Shown: positions 40,900 through 50,194, counted from the first letter of the stretch. The stretch: 64,000 bases of DNA from Candidatus Hydrogenedentota bacterium (GCA_045863335.1 BTVY01000004.1:1-64000); one strand, 5' to 3'. Notes: generated by a model from the letters alone, not told the origin. Program-made: numbers and translations.

Positions 40900-42328
40900 C
40901 GTTTGTCGGTTTTCGCCGATTAGCGATGATGTCGAAGGGAGAGGATAGCTCAACCACAACGTTTCTTTCGTTCACCGCCAGGTTCGAAGTCAGCGTTCCG
41001 AGCAATTCTCGCTTCGTGTCTTTTAGAGCCATTTCGTAAAGCACTGGAGCCGAATTTGCCCGTTCGAAGATCTCACGCACCCGATATAGGACATCATTTG
41101 CAGAGGACTCCAATTCTGTCCGGGCTTTTTCAGCCGCCATCCGGTCGGCAATCAGGTTCTCCTTTCTTTCTTCATACATTTTGCGGTCAATAGCCTGATC
41201 GAGATAGGCGTCGGTCAGTCGGTTGAGTCTGTCTGTGACTCGTTTAATCCGAAGTTCCAGGGCTTTGGTCAGTCCGGCTTTCGTTTCTAACCACGACGCC
41301 CGATGCGCATCGATGAGTTGGGTCAACTTCTTCCTTTCGCGATCGGAGAATTCCAGAGAGCCTAGTGTTGCGACTACCGCTACATCTATGGCTTCCTCAC
41401 GGACGCCTTTCGTCGGACAAGTTCGAGAGTGGCACCGGTAGTAAGTGTGCCCCTTCTGGCATTCCCCAGACATCGTATAGCCGCAATGACGGCATGTGAT
41501 GAGTTTTCGGTAGAGGAAGCTATTTCTTCGCGTGCGAACGGGTGTCCGGCCGGTGAGAATGGCTTGAACACGGTCAAAGACGATACGGCTGATTAAAGGT
41601 TCATGATTGCCCTCGAAAACTTCGCGGGTTCGGGCGAGTCGGATCAGACCCGTATAGAAGGGATTGTTCAAGAGCCTTGAAATGCCGTTCAGCGAAATAC
41701 TCGTTCCGTGACGGTTACGAAGGCCTGATTGATGCAATTCCGCCCGAAGCGTGTCCAGCGTATATCGGCCGGTGGCGTACAGATCAAAAGCCCGCTTCAC
41801 CGACGGTGCCGTCGATGGGTCGAGAGTCTTCTTGGCGCCACCGCCATTATCCAAGTATCCAAGTGGGGCAGGCAACGGATAAAACCCTTGTTTCAGCCGG
41901 CCATAGAAGCCCTTGCGGCTTTCCTCTCGGAGATTCCGAATGTAGTCAGCAGCAACGACAGCCTGAATGTCTGCCGATAATCTTCCGCCACGCGTGTGCA
42001 GATCCAAGCCTTCATTCGCAAAGTGGATCTTTATCCCCCTATCGATGAGTTCACCGAGCTTTGCCCAGTCGCGTAGATTCCGGGCGCTACGGTCGATCTT
42101 GTGAATGACGATTCCGCTGGCCTTCCCTTGTCTTAACCGGCTTAACATTTGGCCGAAGACCGGCCGACCGCTCTTGGCCGCTGTCTGGCGCTCTTCGAAC
42201 CATTCCACGATCTCTAACGATTCGCGCTCGCAGTAGCGCACAATGGCGTCTCGTTGCTCCTGGAGCGAAACGCCCTTTTCTCCTTGTTTGACGGTGGATA
42301 CGCGCACATAGGCGAAGACTTTGTTCAT
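40766..42328 (-). CDS. Large serine recombinase 2
   Basis: YVRVST..Q, HKIDRSARN, L.NPFY.G, Zn ribbon CRHCG...YYRC...C, coiled coil. Confidence 0.95.
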   Translation of the reverse strand: MNKVFAYVRVSTVKQGEKGVSLQEQRDAIVRYCERESLEIVEWFEERQTAAKSGRPVFGQMLSRLRQGKASGIVIHKIDRSARNLRDWAKLGELIDRGIKIHFANEGLDLHTRGGRLSADIQAVVAADYIRNLREESRKGFYGRLKQGFYPLPAPLGYLDNGGGAKKTLDPSTAPSVKRAFDLYATGRYTLDTLRAELHQSGLRNRHGTSISLNGISRLLNNPFYTGLIRLARTREVFEGNHEPLISRIVFDRVQAILTGRTPVRTRRNSFLYRKLITCRHCGYTMSGECQKGHTYYRCHSRTCPTKGVREEAIDVAVVATLGSLEFSDRERKKLTQLIDAHRASWLETKAGLTKALELRIKRVTDRLNRLTDAYLDQAIDRKMYEERKENLIADRMAAEKARTELESSANDVLYRVREIFERANSAPVLYEMALKDTKRELLGTLTSNLAVNERNVVVELSSPFDIIANRRKPTNGDPYRGRLRTLEAMLAGVIKHCRTNVENMDMVSEGGQEEDYFSD

Positions 42329-42564
42329 CGTCGCTTTGGATTAGTGATTGGTGATGATCGGATCGTAGATCGCGATTCGGAATCTGTCAACGGTGGGGTT
42401 GTGGACTGATTCACGCTATCTTGTTCGGCCTGCTCACAGATGCGGATAGCGACCTCCACAAACCGCCGGAGATTCTCCTCCGCGATCTCCAATTGTTCTT
42501 CGGAAAGCTCTGGGTACAGTCCGGCCAATTCCGCCCGCGAAGGCCTCTCCTTGTCGCTATTCAT
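42325..42564 (-). CDS. Small protein translationally coupled to recombinase 2
   Basis: ATGA overlap with the recombinase start; paralog at 39386-39541. Confidence 0.7.
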   Translation of the reverse strand: MNSDKERPSRAELAGLYPELSEEQLEIAEENLRRFVEVAIRICEQAEQDSVNQSTTPPLTDSESRSTIRSSPITNPKRR

Positions 42565-42677
42565 GACTGCAGTTTGCCTGAAACGAAATGTGAGAGAGAG
42601 GCAGTGCTTCTTTACCCATCCAACAAGATCGAACGCCTACGATGCCCTCGCCCGGACCGGCACAATGGTCACACACT

Positions 42678-43991
42678 ATGGCTAAGTCATACAAAGAATC
42701 ATCCCTCAGTCTGGCAAAGGCGTCTCCATCCAAACCGCTCGCTTCGGCAACCCTTGCGGACGGTGGTCTACTGGAGACCCTCTACGATCCAATCGAGAAG
42801 CGGACAAGTTTTTGTCTCGCGAGGGAAGGCAAATGGAAGACTGCTTCGGAGATCGTGATCGATCGTCAGAAGTTTGTGCCGTATTCGCCGGAGAATAATC
42901 TTATCCAACACGGCACGGTACTGTTTCCTTCGGCCGTGGAAGAGTACGGAACCGAAGCGGAGTTGGTACAAGACATCAGGGAGTTCATTCGCCGCTATGT
43001 GGACTTGTCTCCACTTTTCGAAGAGGTTGCCGCCTATTACGTCCTGTTCACGTGGCTCTACGATAGTTTCAATGAATTGCCATATCTCCGCGCAATGGGT
43101 GACTACGGCTCGGGTAAGACTCGGTTCCTGCTAACGGTTGGGTCTATCTGCTATCTGCCTATCTTTGCGAGTGGTGCTTCCACCGTCTCACCCTTGTTCC
43201 GAATCCTGGATGCGTTTCGGGGTACGCTCATCATTGACGAGGCCGACCTTCGTTGGAGTGATGAGCGGGCGGATATGGTCAAAATCCTGAACAACGGGAA
43301 TGCGCGCGGGTTCCCGGTACTACGAACGGAACTCACACCTACTCGGGAATTAAACCCCGTCGCGTACTCCGTATTCGGACCCAAGTTGGTGGCGACACGC
43401 GCTGAATTCAGCGACAAGGCGCTGGAAAGCCGGTTTCTAACCGAACGGATGGGCGTACGCCCGCTCCGAGCGGATATCCCTATCAACCTACCCAAATCGC
43501 TTTGGCAGGAAGCCCGAAATCTGCGTAACAAGCTGCTTGCTTTTCGTATTCGAAATCATTCGCTCGTGCGGCCCCTGGAGGGTGTCGCAGACGCCAATTT
43601 AGAGCCCAGACTGAACCAGATATTTTCCCCGCTCCTAAGTGTGATCCAGGAACCCGAGGCACGTGATAAGATTCGGTCACTCATCCGGCAATACAACCGG
43701 CAGGTGATTTCCGAGCGGGGTATGACGGCGGAGGCACAAGTTTTGGAGGTGATGCGTGCGCTTCTGAACGCCAACGAACCACTGTCTGTTAAGGTCATAA
43801 CGGAACGTTTCGCCAATCTTCATGAAGCCGAGTATCAACGAAAGATCACGCCAAGATGGATTGGTTGGCTTATCCGGCAGCGCTTGGGCTTCTCGACAAA
43901 CAAGACCAACGGAACTTTTGTCGTATCAAACCTCGATCCCGAAGTTCTTGAGAGATTGGAAGCAAAGTATGGTTTGAAGTCGCTCGATTAA
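42678..43991 (+). CDS. Replication-associated P-loop helicase-like protein (DUF3631-like)
   Basis: PYL...GDYGSGKTR, LFR......TLIIDEAD, ILN.G, ALESRFL; C-terminal wHTH-like region. Confidence 0.7.
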   Translation: MAKSYKESSLSLAKASPSKPLASATLADGGLLETLYDPIEKRTSFCLAREGKWKTASEIVIDRQKFVPYSPENNLIQHGTVLFPSAVEEYGTEAELVQDIREFIRRYVDLSPLFEEVAAYYVLFTWLYDSFNELPYLRAMGDYGSGKTRFLLTVGSICYLPIFASGASTVSPLFRILDAFRGTLIIDEADLRWSDERADMVKILNNGNARGFPVLRTELTPTRELNPVAYSVFGPKLVATRAEFSDKALESRFLTERMGVRPLRADIPINLPKSLWQEARNLRNKLLAFRIRNHSLVRPLEGVADANLEPRLNQIFSPLLSVIQEPEARDKIRSLIRQYNRQVISERGMTAEAQVLEVMRALLNANEPLSVKVITERFANLHEAEYQRKITPRWIGWLIRQRLGFSTNKTNGTFVVSNLDPEVLERLEAKYGLKSLD

Positions 43992-44012
43992 CCAGTCCAG
44001 TGATTCACTCCG

Positions 44013-44049
44013 TGTACCCCTGCGAAGTCCCTGAAGTCCCGATGTCCAC
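44013..44049. repeat. Inverted copy of the GACTTC iteron cluster (possible origin)
   Basis: gtacccctgcgaagtccctgaagtcccgatgtccac resembles the reverse complement of R1/R3/R4/R5. Confidence 0.75.
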
Positions 44050-44147
44050 AGAAACTTGCCGGTGTAGGCAAAGCAAACACCCTTCGGAGTCGCTCATCTT
44101 GCGGTAAACTGGAAAGGCACAAAGGTCGAAATTATTCGCAAACAAAC

Positions 44148-44507
44148 TTGCATGAAGTGTCATCTCCACAGTTCCTCCCCAACTACATTCGTTCGCATCG
44201 AAAGCAGCTGAATCTGACACAAGATGAAGTGGCATTCTTGATGGGTTGTGTTAGCAGCGCCAGCGTGTCTCGCTACGAGCGTTTTGCTCGAACGCCCACT
44301 TTGAAGAGTGCCCTTTGGTTTGAACACATACTTCAAGTTCCGGCTCGAGAGCTATTTGCGGGCACGTTTGAGACGGTAAGAAAATCGACGCATGCCCATG
44401 CTCGCGTTCTAGCACGGCAAGTCGAGCGAAAGTGCCCAGCCGGTCCGGCTCGTGACCGCAAACTGAAAGCACTTCTCGCAATTATAAGGACCACCGAATC
44501 TCGATAG
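44148..44507 (+). CDS. XRE-family HTH protein
   Basis: RKQLNLTQDEVAFLMG.....VSRYE...RTP. Confidence 0.85.
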   Translation: MHEVSSPQFLPNYIRSHRKQLNLTQDEVAFLMGCVSSASVSRYERFARTPTLKSALWFEHILQVPARELFAGTFETVRKSTHAHARVLARQVERKCPAGPARDRKLKALLAIIRTTESR

Positions 44508-44509
44508 CC

Positions 44510-45049
44510 ATGTCTGTGGGCACGGGAATTCGCACGCTTGCGATCCACATTGATTACCGGGGTTTTGGCTATATCGTTTTGGAGGGCGGGAACCGGTTGG
44601 TCGATTGGGGGACCAAACAGACAACAGGGGCGGGGCGCAAGAAGACGCTCGATGTTGTTGCGGACCTCGTTGTCCTCTACCAGCCTGACTACGTACTTCT
44701 TGAAGACTTGATTCACGATACGCATCGCCGAAGTGCCCGCGCCGTTCTTCTGACGAGAAAGATCGCAATACACATGGTGGAAAGCGGCAAAGATTGCCGA
44801 CTCGTACCGACAGAACTCATCAAGTCCACTTTTCGCCGATGGGGCGCCAATACGAAGCAGGAGCGGGCCAACCTCATCTCTAGGCAGTTGCCGGTGTTGG
44901 AACCGCGCCTGCCCCCGCCGCGCAAGCCCTGGATGAGCGAAGATGCGCGCATGAGCATTTTTTCGGCCGCGACTGTTGCTTTGACGTTCCTTGACAACTA
45001 CCGATTCATAAACGCGCCACAGACTAACCGCGATCAAGATGAAGCGTGA
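44510..45049 (+). CDS. RNase H/RuvC-like fold hypothetical protein
   Basis: LAIH...RGFGYIVLEG...LVDWG, YQPD.VLLED. Confidence 0.55.
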   Translation: MSVGTGIRTLAIHIDYRGFGYIVLEGGNRLVDWGTKQTTGAGRKKTLDVVADLVVLYQPDYVLLEDLIHDTHRRSARAVLLTRKIAIHMVESGKDCRLVPTELIKSTFRRWGANTKQERANLISRQLPVLEPRLPPPRKPWMSEDARMSIFSAATVALTFLDNYRFINAPQTNRDQDEA

Positions 45050-45482
45050 ACCGCGGGTGCTGGGCGTTGCGTCTGCTGCTCGCGCCTGTGGACTCGTCGT
45101 CCTTGAAGGCTCCGACATCGTCTATTACTGGGCCGTACCGTACGACCGCTCCAAGTCTCCTGTCCAGAATTTCGCTGCGATACGAAAGCGGCTCGTATCC
45201 GTGACAAACTACCTTCGTCCGAGTCAAATTGCCCTTTCTATGCGGGAGTACGTGCGTTCTAGAGACCGTGCGATTGTTGATTGCGTGTTCGCGGAAGCGC
45301 AATGGCTAGCTCGCACCCACCAGATCCGGTTCCGGTCGATCGATGTTCACAATAGATTCCGGACCAATCTTCGATTGGCCGAGCTATCCCGTATGTCATT
45401 GCCTACCGGCGCGCGCCGTTCACTTCACCTGGCTTATGAGGCTGCCTGGGCGGTCTATCACCGTTCCAACCGAGCACGCTGA
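45039..45482 (+). CDS. Degenerate paralog of the preceding RNase H-like protein
   Basis: RVLGV....CGLVVLEG..IVYYW, LRPS.IAL. Confidence 0.5.
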   Translation: MKREPRVLGVASAARACGLVVLEGSDIVYYWAVPYDRSKSPVQNFAAIRKRLVSVTNYLRPSQIALSMREYVRSRDRAIVDCVFAEAQWLARTHQIRFRSIDVHNRFRTNLRLAELSRMSLPTGARRSLHLAYEAAWAVYHRSNRAR

Positions 45483-45671
45483 GAACTTAAGCCGAACCAA
45501 ACCGCCAACAAGACTTCTTTTCGGGAGCACGACCGTCCCTAAAGCTGCGAGGACCGATTAACCCCCTCGTGGCTTTAGGGCCGGTGGTGCAAACAAAGCA
45601 GAGATCTTTAACAACCCGACAACTAACTTGCGGCCACGCCTGTGGCGTGGTTCGCAGAAAGGAGAATTGAA

Positions 45672-46700
45672 ATGGCGACATTGACACGCGCACATGATGA
45701 GTTGTTCCGGCGCGCGCCGGATACACGGTTCGCGTCACTGGACGATCTTCACTCGCACTGCGATCGGGAGAAGAAGGAGTCCATGGAACGGTGGGTAGTC
45801 CCGGAAAAGTTCCGTTTCGTCGTAGACGGCGGTTATCCCCGGTTGGCCTTCAATGGGGATATGCCGCATACCATGTCCGACTGGAGCTTTTCCCAAGTAT
45901 GCCGCATGGCGGAGGTCCAGAAAGACACAGTGAACCGGCTTACTGCTGAGACCGCCAGTCGAGTGCTTATGGAAACCCTGCCAAGGGGCAGTCGGCCGAT
46001 TCAGGCATTTTCCTTGGGAGAGTCGCTGCGGTCGATTCACGGGGTGAGTTACCGTCGGCTGTACAATGCCGATTTGCTCAACACCGTCCGCGAGCACGCG
46101 GTGGGATTCTCTCCGCCGCAGGTGGCGGCGAATGGCGGCACCGGGTTGTATTGTGGCGAGCAGGACATGTTCTGTTTCCTCGTCGACCCGACCGGCTGGG
46201 TGGAGATCGAGAACGAAGCTTTCGCACCGGGGTTCTTCCTGTGGAATTCGGAGGTTGGCCGGCGGTCCGTGGGGATTCAGAGTTTCTGGTTCCAAGCGGT
46301 CTGCCAGAACCATATCGTCTGGGATGCCATCCCGGCGACGCAATACCACCGAAAGCATACGGCGAATGTCGATACGGCCCTGGACGAGATCCGGGAAACT
46401 ATCGACTACCTCGTTTCCAAACGGGATGAGCGCCGCGATCGCTTCGTTCGTATTGTGCAGCAGGCCATGAACATACGGCTGGACGATGACCTGGAGGAAA
46501 CGTTGCAGACGGTTCAGCAACAAGGTTTCAGCCGATCCCTGGCCAACGCCGCGCTGGAAGCGGCGCAGCGACAGGGCGCATTGACCCTGTTCTCCCTGAT
46601 TGATGCGCTGACGCGGCTTTCCCAGGAACGTCATTCCTACGCCGGAGACCGGGCGGACGCAGACGAACGCGCCGGGAAGTTGCTGGCGCTAGCCGCCTAG
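45672..46700 (+). CDS. DUF932-like mobile-element protein
   Basis: GFFLWNSEVG..S, VCQNH, ends LALAA; RBS aggag. Confidence 0.7.
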   Translation: MATLTRAHDELFRRAPDTRFASLDDLHSHCDREKKESMERWVVPEKFRFVVDGGYPRLAFNGDMPHTMSDWSFSQVCRMAEVQKDTVNRLTAETASRVLMETLPRGSRPIQAFSLGESLRSIHGVSYRRLYNADLLNTVREHAVGFSPPQVAANGGTGLYCGEQDMFCFLVDPTGWVEIENEAFAPGFFLWNSEVGRRSVGIQSFWFQAVCQNHIVWDAIPATQYHRKHTANVDTALDEIRETIDYLVSKRDERRDRFVRIVQQAMNIRLDDDLEETLQTVQQQGFSRSLANAALEAAQRQGALTLFSLIDALTRLSQERHSYAGDRADADERAGKLLALAA

Positions 46701-46830
46701 CTTCCAGCTTGTATCCACGGGCTCATTCCCACTTCTCACCTCGTTGTTTCTCACCCGCACCACCGGCCCAAAACAATGTAGGAAGCAGGCTTGCAGCCGC
46801 TCTTGCCAAAACGATATACCGGGAGGAATC

Positions 46831-47124
46831 ATGGGAGATGTTTGCGATCACAACGACTTGGAGCGCTTCCTGCGGTCGCCCGAAGGGCAGGAACATCTGG
46901 AAGGTTTCCGCAGAACTCTCATCGACCGCTCTATCGTCGATGTGGAGTTCTCTAACGAGATTCATGCCATCGTCTTGACCCTTCATCTGGACAATGGCGA
47001 ATCATTTGCTCTTTGTCAGGCGTCCTTGGAAGTGGACGCCATTCGGAAGGAATTCAGTGAAGTGTTGGAACGGGAGTTCAAAGAGGATTACCCCGATCCG
47101 ACATCGAACGATTCACCCTCGTGA
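46831..47124 (+). CDS. Acidic hypothetical protein
   Basis: RBS ggagg; 97 aa. Confidence 0.6.
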   Translation: MGDVCDHNDLERFLRSPEGQEHLEGFRRTLIDRSIVDVEFSNEIHAIVLTLHLDNGESFALCQASLEVDAIRKEFSEVLEREFKEDYPDPTSNDSPS

Positions 47125-47152
47125 GAACGTCAGAACCGGCCTGGCACTGCGT

Positions 47153-47701
47153 CTATCGTAGCGCCGGGCCTTTTTCTCGTCTCCGATTTCCACCGTTTTT
47201 CCAGTTCGTACTAATGGAAGGTAACCGGCAAATCCCATACTCGCTTCGCGTCCAGGCATAGTCTGAGGACCATACGTCGTTCACGAGGTTGTCGTACCAA
47301 CTGCATCGGCCGGTCATCTGGCAAGAATCGGCACTGATCTGGAGCACGAAGGTTCCCGTTCCGGCCAGGATGTGGGAGTCTACGCGACGGAAGCTTCCAT
47401 AGAAGGCGTTTCGCTTGATAGTCCCGCGGTAGACGAACAAGTCACCCGGTTTGTCTTGGACATGGCCGGTTCCCCAGACGTATCGGCCGAACTGTTGGAG
47501 CAAGGCGTCGATTTTGCGGCTTCTGGAGTTGCCGGAAGGCGTGGGATCATCGAAGCTCACGACCCAGGCGCCGTCTAGGTCCGGAACGTCGCCCACCACG
47601 TGCATACACAGACGAGCGAGTTGCCTTTGGAAGGCCGGTGTAAGTACACGAGCGACGAGCGCGAGAACGTAGGCGGCAATGTTCTGAAAGAGCGACTTCA
47701 T
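47153..47701 (-). CDS. Hypothetical membrane-anchored beta-barrel protein
   Basis: Hydrophobic N-terminus, PDLDGAW, beta-rich; overlaps the GNAT stop. Confidence 0.6.
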   Translation of the reverse strand: MKSLFQNIAAYVLALVARVLTPAFQRQLARLCMHVVGDVPDLDGAWVVSFDDPTPSGNSRSRKIDALLQQFGRYVWGTGHVQDKPGDLFVYRGTIKRNAFYGSFRRVDSHILAGTGTFVLQISADSCQMTGRCSWYDNLVNDVWSSDYAWTRSEYGICRLPSISTNWKNGGNRRREKGPALR

Positions 47702-48258
47702 GCATGGGTTGTTAAGTCTTTACAATATACGACCATGTCACCGCCTGCCGGAAGGTAACTTTCGACGCTTCCCACATGAAAGAACCCCATCGTTCGGTAG
47801 AACGCGCGGGCTTTGGCGAATTCCGGTGTGGAATAGGTTTCGATAAAGATTTTCATGTATCCAAATTGCTTTGCGAGGCGGCAGGCAAATTTCAGCATTT
47901 GCCTGCCGAGGCCCCGCTTCTGATGGTCCGGGTCCACGGCGAACCATGCCAGCCACACGTTCTGCGGGGGACCCCACAGATATTGATGGAGCCCGACAAC
48001 GCCGTCGATGCGGCCGTCGCGATCGAGCACGAAGTATCGTCGGCCATCATTCAGATCGTGTCGTTGGCAGGTGAAGTGGAATCCAAAGGTCTTCTGGGCC
48101 TGGCCCGCCTCGTCCTGATTCATGGCCCGCCCGATCAGGCGAGTTACCGCCGAGATATCCTCCACCGTCATCGGACGTGGTTCGTGCGCGCGCAGGCCGG
48201 TGGAATCGGACCTACGAGCGACGGTACCGGGCGCAAGGTGGGAGTTGTCCGCAATCAA
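47698..48258 (-). CDS. GNAT acetyltransferase
   Basis: FAVDPDHQKRGLGRQM, ARAFYRTMGF. Confidence 0.9.
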   Translation of the reverse strand: MIADNSHLAPGTVARRSDSTGLRAHEPRPMTVEDISAVTRLIGRAMNQDEAGQAQKTFGFHFTCQRHDLNDGRRYFVLDRDGRIDGVVGLHQYLWGPPQNVWLAWFAVDPDHQKRGLGRQMLKFACRLAKQFGYMKIFIETYSTPEFAKARAFYRTMGFFHVGSVESYLPAGGDMVVYCKDLTTHA

Positions 48259-48277
48259 GAGTTACGATCCTCTGGGA

Positions 48278-48335
48278 AATTTCCCACATGTGGGAAATTA
48301 TACGCGATACCATGATTTCCCGCAAGTGGGAAATC
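48278..48335. promoter_or_regulatory. Tandem palindromic operators between divergent GNAT and HTH genes
   Basis: AATTTCCCACATGTGGGAAATT (perfect 22-mer) and GATTTCCCGCAAGTGGGAAATC. Confidence 0.8.
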
Positions 48336-48336
48336 G

Positions 48337-48546
48337 ATGAACACATTAGCGAAAAGATTAGGAATTCGGCTGCGAGAACTCCGGGGAGATGAGTCTCAAC
48401 TCCAGTTCTCCAAGAAGCTTGGGATATCGAATTCGTCCCTTAACCGCATGGAATTGGGCGAACAGAACGTCTCTCTAAACACGCTGGAAGTCTTGTGCAA
48501 ACGGCTGAAATGTGATGTAGGGGATCTGTTCGCCGACCGCCGCTGA
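48337..48546 (+). CDS. Small XRE-family regulator
   Basis: LRELRG..SQ..FS.KLGIS.SSL.R.E.G..N.SL.TL. Confidence 0.9.
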   Translation: MNTLAKRLGIRLRELRGDESQLQFSKKLGISNSSLNRMELGEQNVSLNTLEVLCKRLKCDVGDLFADRR

Positions 48547-48658
48547 CGATGCGCCATTCAGACCCTATTTGAGCCGTTCTCCGATCCTTCACTCTTCATG
48601 CTATTCTGTCACGGGTATGTACCGTTATGAGCCGAAGTGGCGGTTATGTGAGGATCAG

Positions 48659-50194
48659 TTGTTAGCACGAATCCAATCTTGCGTCATACTGGGGATCGAT
48701 GGGATTCCTCTGTCCGTCGAGGTGGACAATCATCCGGGATTGAACAAACTCACGATTGTGGGATTGCCCGATACCGCCGTGAAGGAAAGTCAGGAGCGGG
48801 TTACCTCAGCGATCAGAAACTCCGGGTTTCGAGTTCCGAGGGGGGTCACAGTCGTCAACCTTGCGCCCGCGGACATTCGGAAGGAAGGGAGTTCACTCGA
48901 TCTTCCCATTGCGTTGGGTATCTTAGCGGCCACGGAACAAATCAATGGAGAGCGAATCTTCGAATACTCCACCGTCGGTGAGCTTGCACTCGACGGCTCG
49001 GTCCGCACCGTTGCGGGTGTCCTTCCAATGACTCTGTCATCTCGCGAACAAGGTCTTCGGGGAATTCTGATCCCAAAAGTCAACGCCCAAGAGGCTGGCA
49101 TCGTGCCGGATGTAAACGCGATTCCTGTAGAAACACTAACCGATGCAGTTGGCTTCATGACCGGAACGAGCGACATCGAGCCGTTCGTGACCAGCCTTGA
49201 GGCAGTGCTCCAGAACGGGCGCACGCACGTTGCCGATTTCAGCGATGTGAAAGGTCAAGCCCACGTCAAACGGGCGCTCACCATTGCGGCCGCTGGCGGC
49301 CACAACGTCCTCATGGTCGGGCCTCCTGGTACCGGCAAGACTATGCTGGCATCCCGGCTACCCGGAATCCTACCGGATATGACGTTTGACGAAGCTTTGG
49401 AAACCACTCGTGTGTATAGCGTGGCGGGAGCTTTGGGCAACGGCAGGCACCTTGTCGCGCAACGGCCGTTCCGGGCACCCCATCAAACCGCGACCACAGT
49501 GGCGATTTCCGGCGGTGGACACGGACAGCGGCCCATGCCGGGAGAAGTTAGCATGGCACATAATGGCGTCCTGTTTTTGGACGAACTGCCCGAGTTCAAT
49601 CGCGCCGCGCTGGAAGTTTTGCGGCAGCCTCTCGAGGAAGGGTTGGTGCACATCAGGCGAGCGCTCTATTCGGTAACATTTCCGTCGCGTTTCTTGCTCG
49701 TAGTGGCGCTCAATTCATGTCCCTGTGGATATCGTTCGCATCCGACCAAGTCCTGTCGTTGCTCGGTCGGCGAGATTCAACGATACATGTCCCGTCTGTC
49801 TGGGCCATTGCTTGACCGTATCGATATCCATGTCGACGTTCCTACCTTGACATACGACGAGATCGCCAATCGAGCGCCAACGGGTCCAACAAGCGCGGAA
49901 GTAAGAACCACAGTGCAAGACGCCCGTGACCGCCAACGAATTCGCTACAAAGGTCGGATAGCCTGCAACGCCAGACTGGATTCCGGTGCGATCAGAGAAC
50001 ACTGTCCGGTAAGCAAGGAATCCGAGCGGCTGCTGGAAAACGTCATGGATGAATTCGGCCTTAGCGCACGTGCTTACGATAAGATCCTCAGGGTGGCGCG
50101 AACCATCGCCGACGTGAAAGGAGCAGAACACATCTCGGAAATGCACGTGGCGGAGGCGGTTCATTACAGAAGTATGGATCGGCACCTTCCTTGA
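48659..50194 (+). CDS. comM: Second, full-length comM/YifB homolog
   Basis: Co-linear with the host 5' copy, then CPCG, SGPLLDRID, SARAYDKILRVARTIAD; lower GC3 throughout. Confidence 0.93.
   Translation: MLARIQSCVILGIDGIPLSVEVDNHPGLNKLTIVGLPDTAVKESQERVTSAIRNSGFRVPRGVTVVNLAPADIRKEGSSLDLPIALGILAATEQINGERIFEYSTVGELALDGSVRTVAGVLPMTLSSREQGLRGILIPKVNAQEAGIVPDVNAIPVETLTDAVGFMTGTSDIEPFVTSLEAVLQNGRTHVADFSDVKGQAHVKRALTIAAAGGHNVLMVGPPGTGKTMLASRLPGILPDMTFDEALETTRVYSVAGALGNGRHLVAQRPFRAPHQTATTVAISGGGHGQRPMPGEVSMAHNGVLFLDELPEFNRAALEVLRQPLEEGLVHIRRALYSVTFPSRFLLVVALNSCPCGYRSHPTKSCRCSVGEIQRYMSRLSGPLLDRIDIHVDVPTLTYDEIANRAPTGPTSAEVRTTVQDARDRQRIRYKGRIACNARLDSGAIREHCPVSKESERLLENVMDEFGLSARAYDKILRVARTIADVKGAEHISEMHVAEAVHYRSMDRHLP

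Noticed and set aside
40860-40905. tRNA gene at the GTTCGAA...GGGTCACC motif (also at R1, R3, R4)
   Set aside because: No cloverleaf, D-arm or anticodon arm upstream, and the T-loop-to-end spacing is wrong. It only resembles a tRNA 3' end.
49700-49730. attR of the comM island restoring the host gene
   Set aside because: Sequence after this point keeps the island-like low GC3 and lacks the atgaaccc core. Not fully excluded without an alignment.
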